From Limnothrix sp. BL-A-16 (lineage in GTDB: Bacteria; Cyanobacteriota; Cyanobacteriia; CACIAM-69d): 64,000 nt of DNA. Shown one piece after another: positions 28,791 to 39,940 of this stretch. The translations under genes were made by a program, and so were the position numbers. The first letter of the stretch is position 1. Each line of letters starts with the position of its first letter. The stretch is taken from positions 3,680,001-3,744,000 of the forward strand of contig CP166615.1 in the NCBI GenBank assembly GCA_041937175.2, written 5' to 3'. The notes under the pieces were generated by a model. That model worked only from the letters and a program-made list of their open reading frames with translations, was not told the origin of the DNA and searched no databases.

Positions 28791-28891
28791 GAACCACCAC
28801 CACAATCCAAAGGGCGATCGTCATCTTGGCATTGAGGGTTGGCCTGGCTCAAGCCAAGGGTGCATCCACAGCCGGGAGAACCCGTCGGCAA

Positions 28892-29971
28892 CTATTTCAC
28901 CTCCGGATGCGGAAACAACGTCGTGGCAGGCTGAAATTGATTGATTTGGTGAATTAACTGGTGCAACCGACCCAAATCCCGTTGGTTAAACGTCATCACC
29001 AAGCGCGGCAACCCTACCGTAGGGCTGTTGCGTTCTGCGGGCAGGGCGGCGGATTTTTCGATCGCCCCATGAACCAAAATGTCACTGAAGGTTTCGTTCA
29101 GGTTGGCTAACCACTCATCCGACAGTTCCGTTCGCAATCGCAACACCAGCCGATCGCCCACATAGCGGCTGGAGTGATAAATCCGATAAAAGTCCGCGAT
29201 GTAGTCACAGGCGGCGGCCGGGCGATCAGTCATGAAATACAAATTCAAATCTTCAGGGCTGATCAGGCCACGGCGCAGCAGGTGGTCACGGTGGTAGGCT
29301 TCCCAGGTTTGCCAATAGTCTCCACCGGGGCGATCGAGCAGCACAATGGGCGCTGGGCCAAACTTGCCCGTTTGCGACAGCGTGAGGCACTCAAAGGCCT
29401 CATCCTGCGTGCCAAAGCCCCCGGGAAACAACGCCACCGCATCGCTTTCGCGCAGGAAGAATAGCTTGCGCGTAAAGAAATACTTGAAGTTCACCAGCTT
29501 GGGATCCCCGTCAATGTGGGGATTGGAGGTTTGCTCAAAGGGCAACTGGATATTGAGGCCAAAGGACTTTTCCCGGCCGGCCCCCTCATTGGCCGCCTGC
29601 ATGATGCCCGGGCCGGCTCCCGTGATGGCCATGAAGCCCCGGGCCGTGATGCAACGGGCGAAGGTCAAGGCCGCCTCATATTCTGGCTCTTGCTCGGGCG
29701 TGCGGGCTGACCCAAAGATGGCCACCTTCCGCACATGGCGATAGGGATAGAACACCTCGATCGCCCGTTGCATGTCGATTAGAGCACCGTTCAGGATTTT
29801 CCAATCCAGGCGATCGGCGTGGCTGTCGGCCAATTCCAACACAGTTTCGAGGGCTAACTGCACCAGGCCGCTGTTGGGAAGGGTTTCCAGGCGATCGAGC
29901 AAATCCACCATCTGATGGCGCAACCGTTCTCCGCTGTTCCGACGGTCTACGGATAATGACGAAAAGGCCAC
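28892..29971 (-). CDS. LOG family protein (TIGR00730-like nucleotide monophosphate nucleosidase)
   Basis: IFGSAR, TGAGPGIM, FKYFFTRK, PGGFGTQDE; GTG start after GGAGG. Confidence 0.85.
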   Translation of the reverse strand: MAFSSLSVDRRNSGERLRHQMVDLLDRLETLPNSGLVQLALETVLELADSHADRLDWKILNGALIDMQRAIEVFYPYRHVRKVAIFGSARTPEQEPEYEAALTFARCITARGFMAITGAGPGIMQAANEGAGREKSFGLNIQLPFEQTSNPHIDGDPKLVNFKYFFTRKLFFLRESDAVALFPGGFGTQDEAFECLTLSQTGKFGPAPIVLLDRPGGDYWQTWEAYHRDHLLRRGLISPEDLNLYFMTDRPAAACDYIADFYRIYHSSRYVGDRLVLRLRTELSDEWLANLNETFSDILVHGAIEKSAALPAERNSPTVGLPRLVMTFNQRDLGRLHQLIHQINQFQPATTLFPHPEVK

Positions 29972-30140
29972 AGTCCCTCCCTGGCTTGCTTGGGCCAGCG
30001 CAATCTGTCTTTTTTTCAATATCTCACTTCACGATCCCCGGCGATCCCCCCTTAAATTGCCGTTAACGTTCCTTTGGTACAAAACCAATCAAAACCGGTC
30101 AACTTAGGCCAAAACCAATCAAAACCGATCGAATCAGACC

Positions 30141-30172
30141 AAAACAAAAGAACCTGGCCAAGCCAGGTTCTT
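30141..30172 (-). terminator. Rho-independent terminator downstream of trxA
   Basis: AAGAACCTGGC-CAA-GCCAGGTTCTT perfect stem with a T-rich tail on the minus strand. Confidence 0.65.
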
Positions 30173-30372
30173 CGTACTTACCAATTTCTGTTCAGGTTCA
30201 GGGGCTTTTGGAACATCTTTTGAAGGTTGCTAAAACGTTTTCAGCACCCCGAGTGAACCCTAAACTACTCGCAACAGGAACGATCAAACCACCACCGAGG
30301 AGCTGACCCCATCGCTGATTCGGGGTTCCCAATCAAGCGAGCCTGGGCCAGCATTCACTCCTTAGCTTTGTG

Positions 30373-30708
30373 TTACTTGGTCTCATCGATGTACTTAGCG
30401 AGGGTGCCGGCCAAGGTGGTCTTTGGCACTGCGCCCACAACCATATCCACGCGATCGCCGCCCTTGAAAATCATGAGGGTGGGAATGCTGCGAATACCGT
30501 ACTGGCTTGCAATGCCAGGGTTTTCATCGGTATTCAGCTTCACAACCTTCACTTTCTTGTCAAATTCTTGAGCGATTTCATCAACCACCGGCGCTACCAT
30601 CCGACAAGGCCCGCACCAGGGTGCCCAGAAATCTACCAATACTGGGACTGTGCTTTGGAGCACTTCTGCCTCGAAGTTTGCGTCGGTAACTGCCGTTGCT
30701 GCCGCCAT
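30373..30708 (-). CDS. trxA: Thioredoxin (m-type)
   Basis: [27 protein letters not shown]. Confidence 0.95.
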   Translation of the reverse strand: MAAATAVTDANFEAEVLQSTVPVLVDFWAPWCGPCRMVAPVVDEIAQEFDKKVKVVKLNTDENPGIASQYGIRSIPTLMIFKGGDRVDMVVGAVPKTTLAGTLAKYIDETK

Positions 30709-31209
30709 GCTGACCTATCCTCTAAACCGTTACTAAATCAGTCTTTTGACTCAGACCAATCTTGACATCTTTCCTCGGCCAAAACATGGAAAATTTCCCA
30801 AAGCCAAGGTTAGTTCCTGAACCGCCGTTCCCCTGCCTAGACAAGTCCTTGAGGGATTTGGCACGCCATGCTTGATACGAGGCAAATCCAGATTACCACA
30901 AGCAAAACTCCAGCTCTGACGATTTGACCGATCGCTCAGAAACTTTACGAGATCGGGTACGAGATCGCGGCGGATCAAGCGAAATCACAGCGGAACTACT
31001 GGGGATCCGGTCTGTTTCGGGGCTGCGCTTGGGCGATCGCTGGCGGTGGCTAAGTTAGGGCGCGATCGGGTCGGAGAACCTAGTGATTGCTCCAATCCCG
31101 ATCGGGCGATCGGCCTGGTTGTTGACTAACTAGTTTTGCCTATGGCCCGCATCAGCCACCTGCATTAGCCACCACAGCGAGACCCATTCCTAAGCTAGCC
31201 AGCCTTGGG

Positions 31210-32718
31210 TTAGTCGGCCTTCTTGCCCTTGCCCTTCTTGGCCGCGCCCTTTTGACCGGCTGCCTCGGTGTCGTCGGTGTCGTCGGTGTCGGTGGCGCTC
31301 TCAGCGGTCACATCGACCGTGGCTTCAGCGGCAGGGGTTTCCTCCGCTTCGGTTGCTTCGGTTGCTTCGGCTGCTTCTGACTCTTCCGCCTGGCTCAGGG
31401 AACCGGGTTCCAGCAGCTCAAAGCTGTTATTTTCCTTCAACCAAGTCAGCACCTTGCCCCGGTACAGGTCTTCGTAAACCACGGATTCCAACCGAGCGCG
31501 ATCGACCTTTTGGCCAGAAAGGGCAGCCTTCAACTCCTTCGCGCGGGCTTGCACTTCCTCATCGCTGACCTCGATCGACTCTTTGCGACCCACAGCCCGC
31601 AGCACCAAATCCGTCTTCACTTGCCGAACGGCATCCGGGCGCGCCGTTTGCTGCATGTTGGCCATCAGTTCATCGTTGATGAACTTGCGCACATCAATGC
31701 CCTGGCTTTGCAGTTGATACATGGACTGGTTCACAATCCCGCGTACCTCTTGCTGCACCAGGCTTTCGGGCAAATCCACATCCACATTGTCAATCAAAGC
31801 GGCAATCAGGGCCGCTTCCTTGTTCTGTTCGGTTTGCTCGTCGGCTTCCTGTTGGTACTGGGACTCAAAATCGGCCCGCAGCTCCGCCAGGGTTTCGTAT
31901 TTGCTGATTGATTTGATGAACTCATCAGTCAGCTCGGGCAGTTCGCGCTCTTTGATGTCATGCAGGGTGATCTCAAAGGTGACTTCGCGATCTTGCAGGT
32001 CTTCGCGGCCGTAATCGGCTGGGAAGCGCACGGTGATCGACTTGCTCTCACCGGCATTCATGCCCACGATTCCATCGACAAAGCCGGGGATGAATTTCTT
32101 CTGATCCAAGTCCACTTGAAAATCCGTCGCTTCCAGGCCGGAGAGATCTTCTGGATCGGTTTTGCCTTCTTCGGGGGTGAGGGTTCCTTTGTAGTCAATC
32201 ACCACGGCATCACCCAACTGGGCCGGGCGACCTTCCACGGGAATCAAATCGGCAGAGGATTCCTGTTGCTGTTCCAGGATCCGATCGACCCGGCTGGGGT
32301 CGGGATCAACGCGCTCGGCCTGAACGGTCAAACCGCTGTAGGGGGGCAACTCAACGTCGGGAACCACATCCAGCTTGACCACAAAGGTCAGGGTTTGGCC
32401 CGGCTCAAACTTCGAGAACAGTTCCTCTTCGGAGGAGGTGATTTGGGCCTGGCCGGCGGGTTCAATTTTTTCTTGCTTGATGGCGGCCTTCACGCCCGCT
32501 TCCACCAACTCATCCAGACTGGCGGCCTTGAGGGCGGCGGGGCCAATTTGCTGAATCAACACGGCGCGGGGCACTTTGCCCTTGCGGAACCCAGGAAGTT
32601 TGACGGCTTTGGCGTACTTACTGAGGGTGTCTTCGTAGACCTTGGCCGACAGTTCAGCGGGCACTTCGATCGTGAGGCTAACCTGACTGGCGGACAGTTT
32701 TTCCTGGGTGACTTTCAT
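31210..32718 (-). CDS. tig: Trigger factor
   Basis: MKVTQEKL start, LPGFRKGKVP, FKBP domain (FIPGF), acidic tail. Confidence 0.95.
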   Translation of the reverse strand: MKVTQEKLSASQVSLTIEVPAELSAKVYEDTLSKYAKAVKLPGFRKGKVPRAVLIQQIGPAALKAASLDELVEAGVKAAIKQEKIEPAGQAQITSSEEELFSKFEPGQTLTFVVKLDVVPDVELPPYSGLTVQAERVDPDPSRVDRILEQQQESSADLIPVEGRPAQLGDAVVIDYKGTLTPEEGKTDPEDLSGLEATDFQVDLDQKKFIPGFVDGIVGMNAGESKSITVRFPADYGREDLQDREVTFEITLHDIKERELPELTDEFIKSISKYETLAELRADFESQYQQEADEQTEQNKEAALIAALIDNVDVDLPESLVQQEVRGIVNQSMYQLQSQGIDVRKFINDELMANMQQTARPDAVRQVKTDLVLRAVGRKESIEVSDEEVQARAKELKAALSGQKVDRARLESVVYEDLYRGKVLTWLKENNSFELLEPGSLSQAEESEAAEATEATEAEETPAAEATVDVTAESATDTDDTDDTEAAGQKGAAKKGKGKKAD

Positions 32719-32978
32719 GGATGATCCAACAACTGACAAACAACTGACAAAACGAAACGGACTCAACGAAACTTGCAACACAAGCTGGCGATCGCCAGAC
32801 CTATAACCGAGCGACGTGCGGCGCTGGCATAGTGCTGCGGCATCGTGCTGAAGCGAGGTGCGACGTTGACGGGCAAGCTACGCCAGATGAACCGCAATAG
32901 ACTATCCTAGCTGAAATGCGCCCCTCTGCATGGGCGATCGAGTTGGCTAGTTTTTGGCGTTCCTGGGGAGAGAAGACC

Positions 32979-34010
32979 TTGGCTGGATATCGCGTCGCCA
33001 TTTTGGGCGCTACGGGCGCTGTGGGTACGGAGCTGCTGCAATTGCTCGAAGAACGGCAGTTCCCGATCGCAGAACTGAAGTTGCTGGCTTCGGCGCGATC
33101 GGCCGGCCAGACCTGCACCTTTGGCGGCGAAACCCTGGCCGTGGAAGCCACCACCGCCGAAGCCTTCAAGGGCGTGGATATTGTGCTGGCCTCGGCCGGA
33201 GGTAGTACCTCCAAGGCTTGGATTGACACGATCGTGGCCGCGGGAGCCGTGACGATCGACAATTCCAGTGCCTTCCGGATGCGGCCCGACGTGCCCTTGG
33301 TCGTGCCCGAGGTGAACCCCGAGGCGGCGGCCAACCACGAAGGGATCATCGCCAACCCCAACTGCACAACGATTTTGATGGCGGTGGCCACTTGGCCCCT
33401 GCATTTGGTGCAACCGATCCAGCGGATCGTGGCTGCCACCTATCAATCGGCCAGCGGCGCGGGCGCTCGGGCCATGGAAGAGGTGAAGGTGCAGTCGCGG
33501 GCGATTTTGGATGGGGGCGAGCCGGTGGCGGAAATTTTGCCCTATCCCTTGGCCTTTAACCTGTTCCCGCACAATTCGCCCCTGGGCCCCAATGGCTACT
33601 GCGAAGAGGAAATGAAAATGGTGAACGAAACCCGCAAGATCTTCGGCACCGAAGCCCTGCGGGTGACGGCCACTTGCGTGCGCGTGCCGGTGTTGCGGGC
33701 CCACTCGGAGGCGCTGAATTTGGAATTTACGGAGCCATTCCCGGTCGATCGCGTCCGCGAGATCCTGAAGTCGGCCCCCGGCGTGACCCTGCTGGAAGAT
33801 TGGGAGCGCAACTACTTCCCGATGCCGATCGATGCCAGCGGCAAAGATGACGTGTTGGTGGGGCGGATTCGCCAAGATATTTCCAACCCCCACGCGATCG
33901 ACCTCTGGCTCTGTGGCGACCAAATTCGCAAGGGTGCGGCCCTGAATGCGGTGCAAATTGCGGAATTGCTCGTGGAAAAAGGCTGGGTGAAGCGCAAATC
34001 CGCCCGCTAG
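32979..34010 (+). CDS. asd: Aspartate-semialdehyde dehydrogenase
   Basis: GATGAVG, DNSSAFR, NPNCTT, SASGAG, CVRVPV, DQIRKGAALN; TTG start inferred. Confidence 0.95.
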   Translation: MAGYRVAILGATGAVGTELLQLLEERQFPIAELKLLASARSAGQTCTFGGETLAVEATTAEAFKGVDIVLASAGGSTSKAWIDTIVAAGAVTIDNSSAFRMRPDVPLVVPEVNPEAAANHEGIIANPNCTTILMAVATWPLHLVQPIQRIVAATYQSASGAGARAMEEVKVQSRAILDGGEPVAEILPYPLAFNLFPHNSPLGPNGYCEEEMKMVNETRKIFGTEALRVTATCVRVPVLRAHSEALNLEFTEPFPVDRVREILKSAPGVTLLEDWERNYFPMPIDASGKDDVLVGRIRQDISNPHAIDLWLCGDQIRKGAALNAVQIAELLVEKGWVKRKSAR

Positions 34011-34217
34011 AGCGGCCAACCGTCGGGTGCAAACCAGGGAACCGGTATAGACAAGGGGCTTCAGCCCCTTGCCCCCTCACGGTGCGATCGCGGTTGGGGT
34101 GTGATCGGTTTTCTGGGCGATCGCGCCTTGGCCACCGCGCTAAGATGATCCCGGCTGCGCCCCATTCGATGAAGGCTGAATCGGCCAACTCCCAAGCTGT
34201 TTCTGGTTTCCAGTGCT

Positions 34218-34499
34218 ATGTTCACGATCGAAGTTGCTCTCAAGAGTTCGCCCGCCACGTTTTCGGTGCAGCGCAAGAATGCGGAAGATGCGGAAGCGCT
34301 CTATGCGGAAATTTTGGGTTTTGTGCAATCGGGTCAGGCCCAATGGCTTGATTTGACCTGTGAAAAAATGGTGGGCAAGAAAATTTCCATCCTGACCAGC
34401 GAAGTGGTGGCTGTGCAAATCAGCGATAAGTCTGGCGCAGCCCAAGCGGGCGGCCGGACAGCCGGTTTCTTGGCCGCCGCCACGGGCGCAACCAACTAG
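34218..34499 (+). CDS. Conserved cyanobacterial small protein (UPF0367-like)
   Basis: MF.IE..LK.SP...SVQRK, LTCEK, AVQIS.K, GF pattern. Confidence 0.7.
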   Translation: MFTIEVALKSSPATFSVQRKNAEDAEALYAEILGFVQSGQAQWLDLTCEKMVGKKISILTSEVVAVQISDKSGAAQAGGRTAGFLAAATGATN

Positions 34500-34675
34500 G
34501 TCTGGCGTGACCGATCCAATCGCCACTCAACCAGACAAGGGGCTTAAGCCCCTTGCTCATCAACAAGTTTGAGCACCATCATGCTGGTTCGCTGGGTTGA
34601 GGTTGCCCTGTGATTGGGTCGGTCTTTCGCACGGTTCAACATCTCTATCGCGCACTGTTAAGGACGATCGCCCCC

Positions 34676-35389
34676 ATGCAAGGCCAGCCCAAACCGGATG
34701 AGCGGGGATTGTTCCCAAACGATCGGGTAACGGAACCGGCGATCGCGGTGCGGCAAGTCTCGTTCCAGTGGGCAACCGATAAACCCGTTCTCAAAAACTG
34801 TTCCCTGAGTGTGCCCGCCGGGGAGTTTTGGATGCTGCTGGGAACCAATGGCAGCGGCAAATCAACCCTGATGCAGCTCTTGGCGGGGTTGAACCAACCG
34901 AGCGCCGGCCAGGTATTGTTGCGGCGGCCTGTGGGGTTTGTGTTTCAAAATCCCGATCGCCAATTGGTGATGCCCACGGTGGGGTCAGATGTGGCCTTTG
35001 GGTTGGCCGAAGAGAATCTCTCGGCGATCGAAACACGCGATCGAATCCGTAGCGCCCTGGCGGAACTCAATATTTTGGACTTGGAACGCCGCCCGATCTA
35101 TGCCCTCAGCGGCGGCCAAAAGCAACGGGTAGCCATTGCCGGAGCGATCGCCACCCGTTGCGAAGTCTTGTTGCTCGATGAACCCACCGCCCTGCTCGAC
35201 CCCGACAGTCAATTGGACTTGGTGCGCTGTGTGCGGCAGTTGGTGGACGATCGGGGAATTACGGCCCTTTGGGTCACCCATCGCCTCGAAGAACTGGACT
35301 ATTGCGATGGGGCCTTTTTGCTGGAAAACGGACGGGTTGTGGCCGCCGGCAAACCAGCGGCCATGCGCGATCGACTCCTGACCCCGTGA
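34676..35389 (+). CDS. ECF/CbiO-type ABC ATP-binding protein
   Basis: GTNGSGKS, FQNPD.Q, LSGGQKQR, LLDEPT, VTH; start uncertain. Confidence 0.85.
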   Translation: MQGQPKPDERGLFPNDRVTEPAIAVRQVSFQWATDKPVLKNCSLSVPAGEFWMLLGTNGSGKSTLMQLLAGLNQPSAGQVLLRRPVGFVFQNPDRQLVMPTVGSDVAFGLAEENLSAIETRDRIRSALAELNILDLERRPIYALSGGQKQRVAIAGAIATRCEVLLLDEPTALLDPDSQLDLVRCVRQLVDDRGITALWVTHRLEELDYCDGAFLLENGRVVAAGKPAAMRDRLLTP

Positions 35390-35400
35390 TCGCTCAGGGA

Positions 35401-37863
35401 CTATTGCACGGTTTCCGTTTCAATGTCCGCGATCGCCAGCAACGTCTTCAAGACCGAATCCGGGTTCAAGCTGATGGAGTCAATCCCCTCCTGCACCAGG
35501 AATTGGGCAAATTCCGGGTAGTCACTGGGTGCTTGACCACAAATCCCAATCTTGCGGCCGTTGGCCTTGGCGGTCTTAATTGCCATGCTCACCATCCGTT
35601 TCACCGCCGTGCAGCGTTCATCGAACAGGTGCGCCACCAACGCGGAATCGCGATCGAGACCCAATGTGAGTTGCGTCAGGTCATTGGAGCCGATCGAGAA
35701 CCCATCAAACACCTCGCTGAAGGCATCCCCAGCGATCACGTTGCTCGGCAGCTCGCACATCACATAGATCTGCAAGCCGTTTTCGCCCCGTTTCAGGCTG
35801 TTTTCCGCCATCACCTCCAACACCCGCATCCCTTCTTCTGGGGTGCGGCAGAACGGAATCATCGGAATCACATTGGTTAAGCCCATGTCGTCGCGGACGC
35901 GCTTCAGGGCCTGGCATTCCAACGCAAAAGCAGCCCGGAATTTCGGATCGTAGTAGCGAGATGCGCCGCGCCAGCCGATCATCGGGTTTTCTTCGATCGG
36001 CTCGAATTGCCGCCCGCCCAGCAGGTTGGCATATTCATTAGTCTTGAAATCCGACATCCGCACAATCACCGGCTTGGGATAGAAGGCCGCCGCGATCGTG
36101 CCCACCCCTTGGGCCAGCTTCTCCACGTAGTATTGCGGACGATTGGTCCTATACAGGTGCGTCAACTCGCCCACCTGCTTACGCACCGACTTATCCTCCA
36201 GCTTGTCGTACTGGATCAACGCCATCGGATGGACTTGGATGTGGTTGGCAATAATGAACTCCAACCGCGCCAAACCCACCCCATCGCAGGGCAACGAGGC
36301 CAGGCTGAACGCCTCTTCCGGATTGCCCACATTCATCAAGATCTGGGTCTTGGGTCGGGGCAAATTATCCAGGCGGGTTTCTTTAATCTCAAAGGGCACT
36401 TCTCCGGCGTAGACCTTGCCTTCGTCCCCTTCACAACAGGACACCGTGAGCATTTGGCCCGTTTCCACGGCGCTGGTGGCGTTGCCGGCCCCGACGATCG
36501 CCGGGATACCCATTTCGCGGGCAATGATCGCCGCGTGACAGGTGCGGCCGCCTTGGTTGGTGACGATCGCGCTGGCCTTCTTCATAATCGGTTCCCAGTC
36601 CGGATCCGTGCGGTTGGTGACCAGCACTTCACCCGCCTCGAATTCGTCAATGCGATGCACGTCCAAAATCACCCGTGCTCGACCGCGGCCCACCTTTTCA
36701 CCGACGCTGCGACCGGTAATCACCACCGGTGGCCGTTGTTCCGGCGGCAGCGTAATTACATAGTTTTGCAGCACATTGCCGCTGCGTTGGGACTGCACCG
36801 TTTCTGGGCGGGCTTGCACAATAAACAAATCGCCCGTTTGCCCATCCTTGGCCCACTCAATGTCCATCGGAGTCGGCAGGCCGCGCACTTCGGAATAGTG
36901 ATCCTCAATGATCACCGCCCAGCGGGCCAGTTGCACAATGTCATCGTCCCCGATCGCATAGCGGTTGCGATCGGCCAAGGCCACCGGCACATTCTTGGTG
37001 GGTTTGGTGCTGCCCGGCGCATAGATCATCTTGATCTCTTTCGTGCCCAGCCGCTTACTCAGAATGGGCCGCTTGCCCTGGGCCAAGGTGGGCTTAAAGA
37101 CCACGTACTCATCGGGGTTCACCGCCCCTTGCACCACGTTTTCGCCCAAACCATAGGCCGCCGTCACCAGCACCACATCCCGGAAGCCGGTTTCCGTGTC
37201 CAGGGTGAAAATCACGCCCGAACTGTCCATGTCGGAGCGCACCATCTTCTGCACCCCCACGGACAGGGCCACCTCAAAGTGGTCAAAGCCCTTAATTTGA
37301 CGGTAGGAAATGGCGCGATCGGTGAAAATCGACGCAAAACAGCGCTTACAGGCTTCCAACACCGCCGCCATGCCATGGACGTTCAGATAGGTTTCCTGTT
37401 GCCCCGCAAAGCTGGCATCGGGCAAATCTTCCGCCGTGGCGCTCGATCGCACCGCCACATCCACATCCGCCCCGTATTGCGAACAGAGCGCCTGGTAAGC
37501 CCGGGTAATTTCCTCTTGCAAATTCATCGGAAATTCCGCGTGCAAAATCAAATTCCGCGCCTTTTGACCACACCGCCGCAAACTTTCGCCATTATCCACA
37601 TCTAAGGTGGCAAAAATGTCCCGCAGCTTGGCTTCTAACCCCGATTCTTGAATAAACGATCGGTAGGCAAATGCCGTGGTGGCAAATCCGTTCGGAACAC
37701 GCACGCCCTTCGCGGTCAACTGACGAATCATTTCCCCCAAAGAAGCATTCTTACCGCCGACCAAGGGCAAATCGGCAATGCCCACTTGATCGAACCAAAG
37801 CACTAACGCCCGATCGCGATCGGCCGCAGGGCGGGCATGAGGCACTGACGTGGCATGTGTCAT
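35401..37863 (-). CDS. ppsA: Phosphoenolpyruvate synthase
   Basis: VGGKNASLGEM, RSSATAEDLP, GGRTCHAAI phospho-His, FSIGSNDLTQ, GICGQAPSD. Confidence 0.97.
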   Translation of the reverse strand: MTHATSVPHARPAADRDRALVLWFDQVGIADLPLVGGKNASLGEMIRQLTAKGVRVPNGFATTAFAYRSFIQESGLEAKLRDIFATLDVDNGESLRRCGQKARNLILHAEFPMNLQEEITRAYQALCSQYGADVDVAVRSSATAEDLPDASFAGQQETYLNVHGMAAVLEACKRCFASIFTDRAISYRQIKGFDHFEVALSVGVQKMVRSDMDSSGVIFTLDTETGFRDVVLVTAAYGLGENVVQGAVNPDEYVVFKPTLAQGKRPILSKRLGTKEIKMIYAPGSTKPTKNVPVALADRNRYAIGDDDIVQLARWAVIIEDHYSEVRGLPTPMDIEWAKDGQTGDLFIVQARPETVQSQRSGNVLQNYVITLPPEQRPPVVITGRSVGEKVGRGRARVILDVHRIDEFEAGEVLVTNRTDPDWEPIMKKASAIVTNQGGRTCHAAIIAREMGIPAIVGAGNATSAVETGQMLTVSCCEGDEGKVYAGEVPFEIKETRLDNLPRPKTQILMNVGNPEEAFSLASLPCDGVGLARLEFIIANHIQVHPMALIQYDKLEDKSVRKQVGELTHLYRTNRPQYYVEKLAQGVGTIAAAFYPKPVIVRMSDFKTNEYANLLGGRQFEPIEENPMIGWRGASRYYDPKFRAAFALECQALKRVRDDMGLTNVIPMIPFCRTPEEGMRVLEVMAENSLKRGENGLQIYVMCELPSNVIAGDAFSEVFDGFSIGSNDLTQLTLGLDRDSALVAHLFDERCTAVKRMVSMAIKTAKANGRKIGICGQAPSDYPEFAQFLVQEGIDSISLNPDSVLKTLLAIADIETETVQ

Positions 37864-39283
37864 AACCGAAGACCTCAGAACAACCTTGAACAACCTTCAA
37901 GAACGGAATCTGTAATCGGCAATTTGTAATCGGCAATTATTGTCAGGAATCTTTTTCTTGATCCCACCTTTAGCCAACAACGATCGGAGGCAGTGGTTGC
38001 CATCCAACCCTGGCTAAAAGTCAGTTAATTTACCCTCTGACCGTTCACAGAGCCAGCCCAATAACACTCATCCTTCAGCAGCATTGCAGCAAAAAATCCG
38101 CATCACCGCCTATCGAAATTCACGGTTTAAGGCAAGTTAATGATCAAAACCCGACCTTAACAGTCAGATGATGCAAAACGATGGCACTCCGTCGAAATCA
38201 ATCTTTTGCAGTCAATCTTGGTCAAGTCCATGCAACGATAATGGTGATCTCAGACCTTAACAGTTCGTAATTTTGAATGAAATGAGGGAATTGACCAAAA
38301 TTTGAGGAGCCGCCACAGGGATCCATCGGATGACTCGATCGAAATGATCGTGTTAAGAGAGTTTGTGAACCCATTGACAAAATAGTCCGATCATTTGCCA
38401 AGGATTTTGGAATTTGCTGAACTTGACCTTGACGGGAGGAGGTACTTCAATCGTTCCTCAAAGGACATGATTTAGGCAAGGTCATTTCCAAGTTGATTCT
38501 TGGAATCCGAAAGTAAAGAATTCAATCTGATTTGACGATTGAGGGCAATCTAAAGGAAAATAAAAATATCCAAAACGTCTTTGAGTCCTTGAGAACTCCC
38601 TGAGAAAGTTTGAAGTTTCCTGACTTTTAGTTCAGAGACTTTAAGTTTCCATGCCTGCTGATTGGATTTCTATCGATTTTTAACCGCTGAAATCCCTTAA
38701 CTCAGCGGTGATTTAAATCAAATCAGTCAGTTCTTGGGTTGCTGCTTCTGGTCAGCCTTCGCTGTGGACACCATCAGCTCCCAATTCCCAAAACCATGCA
38801 CAGGAGCTGTGTTATCGCAATTTTTGGCTTGGGATGACGTAATTCAGTGCGTATGATGAGTAGATGGTTATCTTATCCAATCGTCATGGTGGTAATAGCA
38901 ACCACTGCCGACGATGGATTAAGCGTGGGCGATCGTGCCTTGAACGATCGGGCGTTAACGATGATGGGTCTACGGCCAGGTCACGGACGGTTTTACGGCT
39001 AGTACACCGCTGACTCACTAGTTGCCCCGATGGCTCAGGCCCGCGAGGTGCAACCGGTGGGAATGACCGGTGATCGGGCTGACTTGGAACAGGCCCAAGG
39101 GGCGATCGCCCTGCGCATCTGACACTGCTCACCATTGGGCAGTCACAGCACCCAGTCAACGTCTAGACCGGCGATCTCAAAACTCTCATTCATTATCTCA
39201 ATTCCTCATGTTTGAGGATCCACAAAGGGTGGAACTGGGAGGGGGAAATCAATCATTCCCAGTGTGTTTTAGGAGGCACAACC

Positions 39284-39676
39284 ATGGGTAAACAACAGGG
39301 GTTGATGACGGCTGAGCAAACCTGCACCGATAGTGCTTGCCCAATCCAGGTGGTTTTGGAGGCGATCGGCCATAAGTGGTCGATCCTGATTTTGCGGCTG
39401 CTGCGCGATCAACCACGGCGGCCCAGTGAGCTGATGATGCTGTTACCCGGCATTAGCAGCAAAACCCTCACCCAACGGCTGCGGGGTTTGGAGCGCCATG
39501 GCTTAATTGTGCGGCGGGTTTATCCCGAGGTGCCGCCCCACGTGGAATATGCGTTGACGGCCAAGGGGCAGGAGGTGGAACCGGTGATGCAGGCGATGGC
39601 GCAGTTGGGTTTGAAATGGGTCGATAGCAACGATCCCTGTGGTTGCCACCCCAACGCTAAGTTGACGGTCGTTTAG
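39284..39676 (+). CDS. HxlR-family winged-helix transcriptional regulator
   Basis: CP.....IG.KW, GIS.K.L..RLR.LE, YPEVPP.VEY.LT; AGGAGG RBS. Confidence 0.9.
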   Translation: MGKQQGLMTAEQTCTDSACPIQVVLEAIGHKWSILILRLLRDQPRRPSELMMLLPGISSKTLTQRLRGLERHGLIVRRVYPEVPPHVEYALTAKGQEVEPVMQAMAQLGLKWVDSNDPCGCHPNAKLTVV

Positions 39677-39940
39677 GGTCGATCGAACGGGGATTCTGCT
39701 GGCCCGGTGTTGGGCCGGGTTGGAACTGGACTGGGACTGCCTCCAACGAGGCTTGTCCCGGACTGGGGCTGTTTGGAAACTAAAGTTCGGGATAAGCTGA
39801 AACCTGGTATTCCCGGTTGAAACGCCCCCAGTGGGGTTCATCAACCATCAACGGGAATCCTGGCTTAGCCCGAACAACCATTAACGCAGGCCCCGCAACA
39901 GCCGGCCCCACAGGACGGAGCTTGAGACCCGTTTTTGCTG

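Noticed and set aside
27588..28835. 415-aa plus-strand ORF
   Set aside because: Antisense shadow of mtnA in GC-rich sequence
32907..34019. 370-aa minus-strand ORF
   Set aside because: Antisense shadow of asd
36007..37605. 532-aa plus-strand ORF
   Set aside because: Antisense shadow of ppsA with no recognisable motifs
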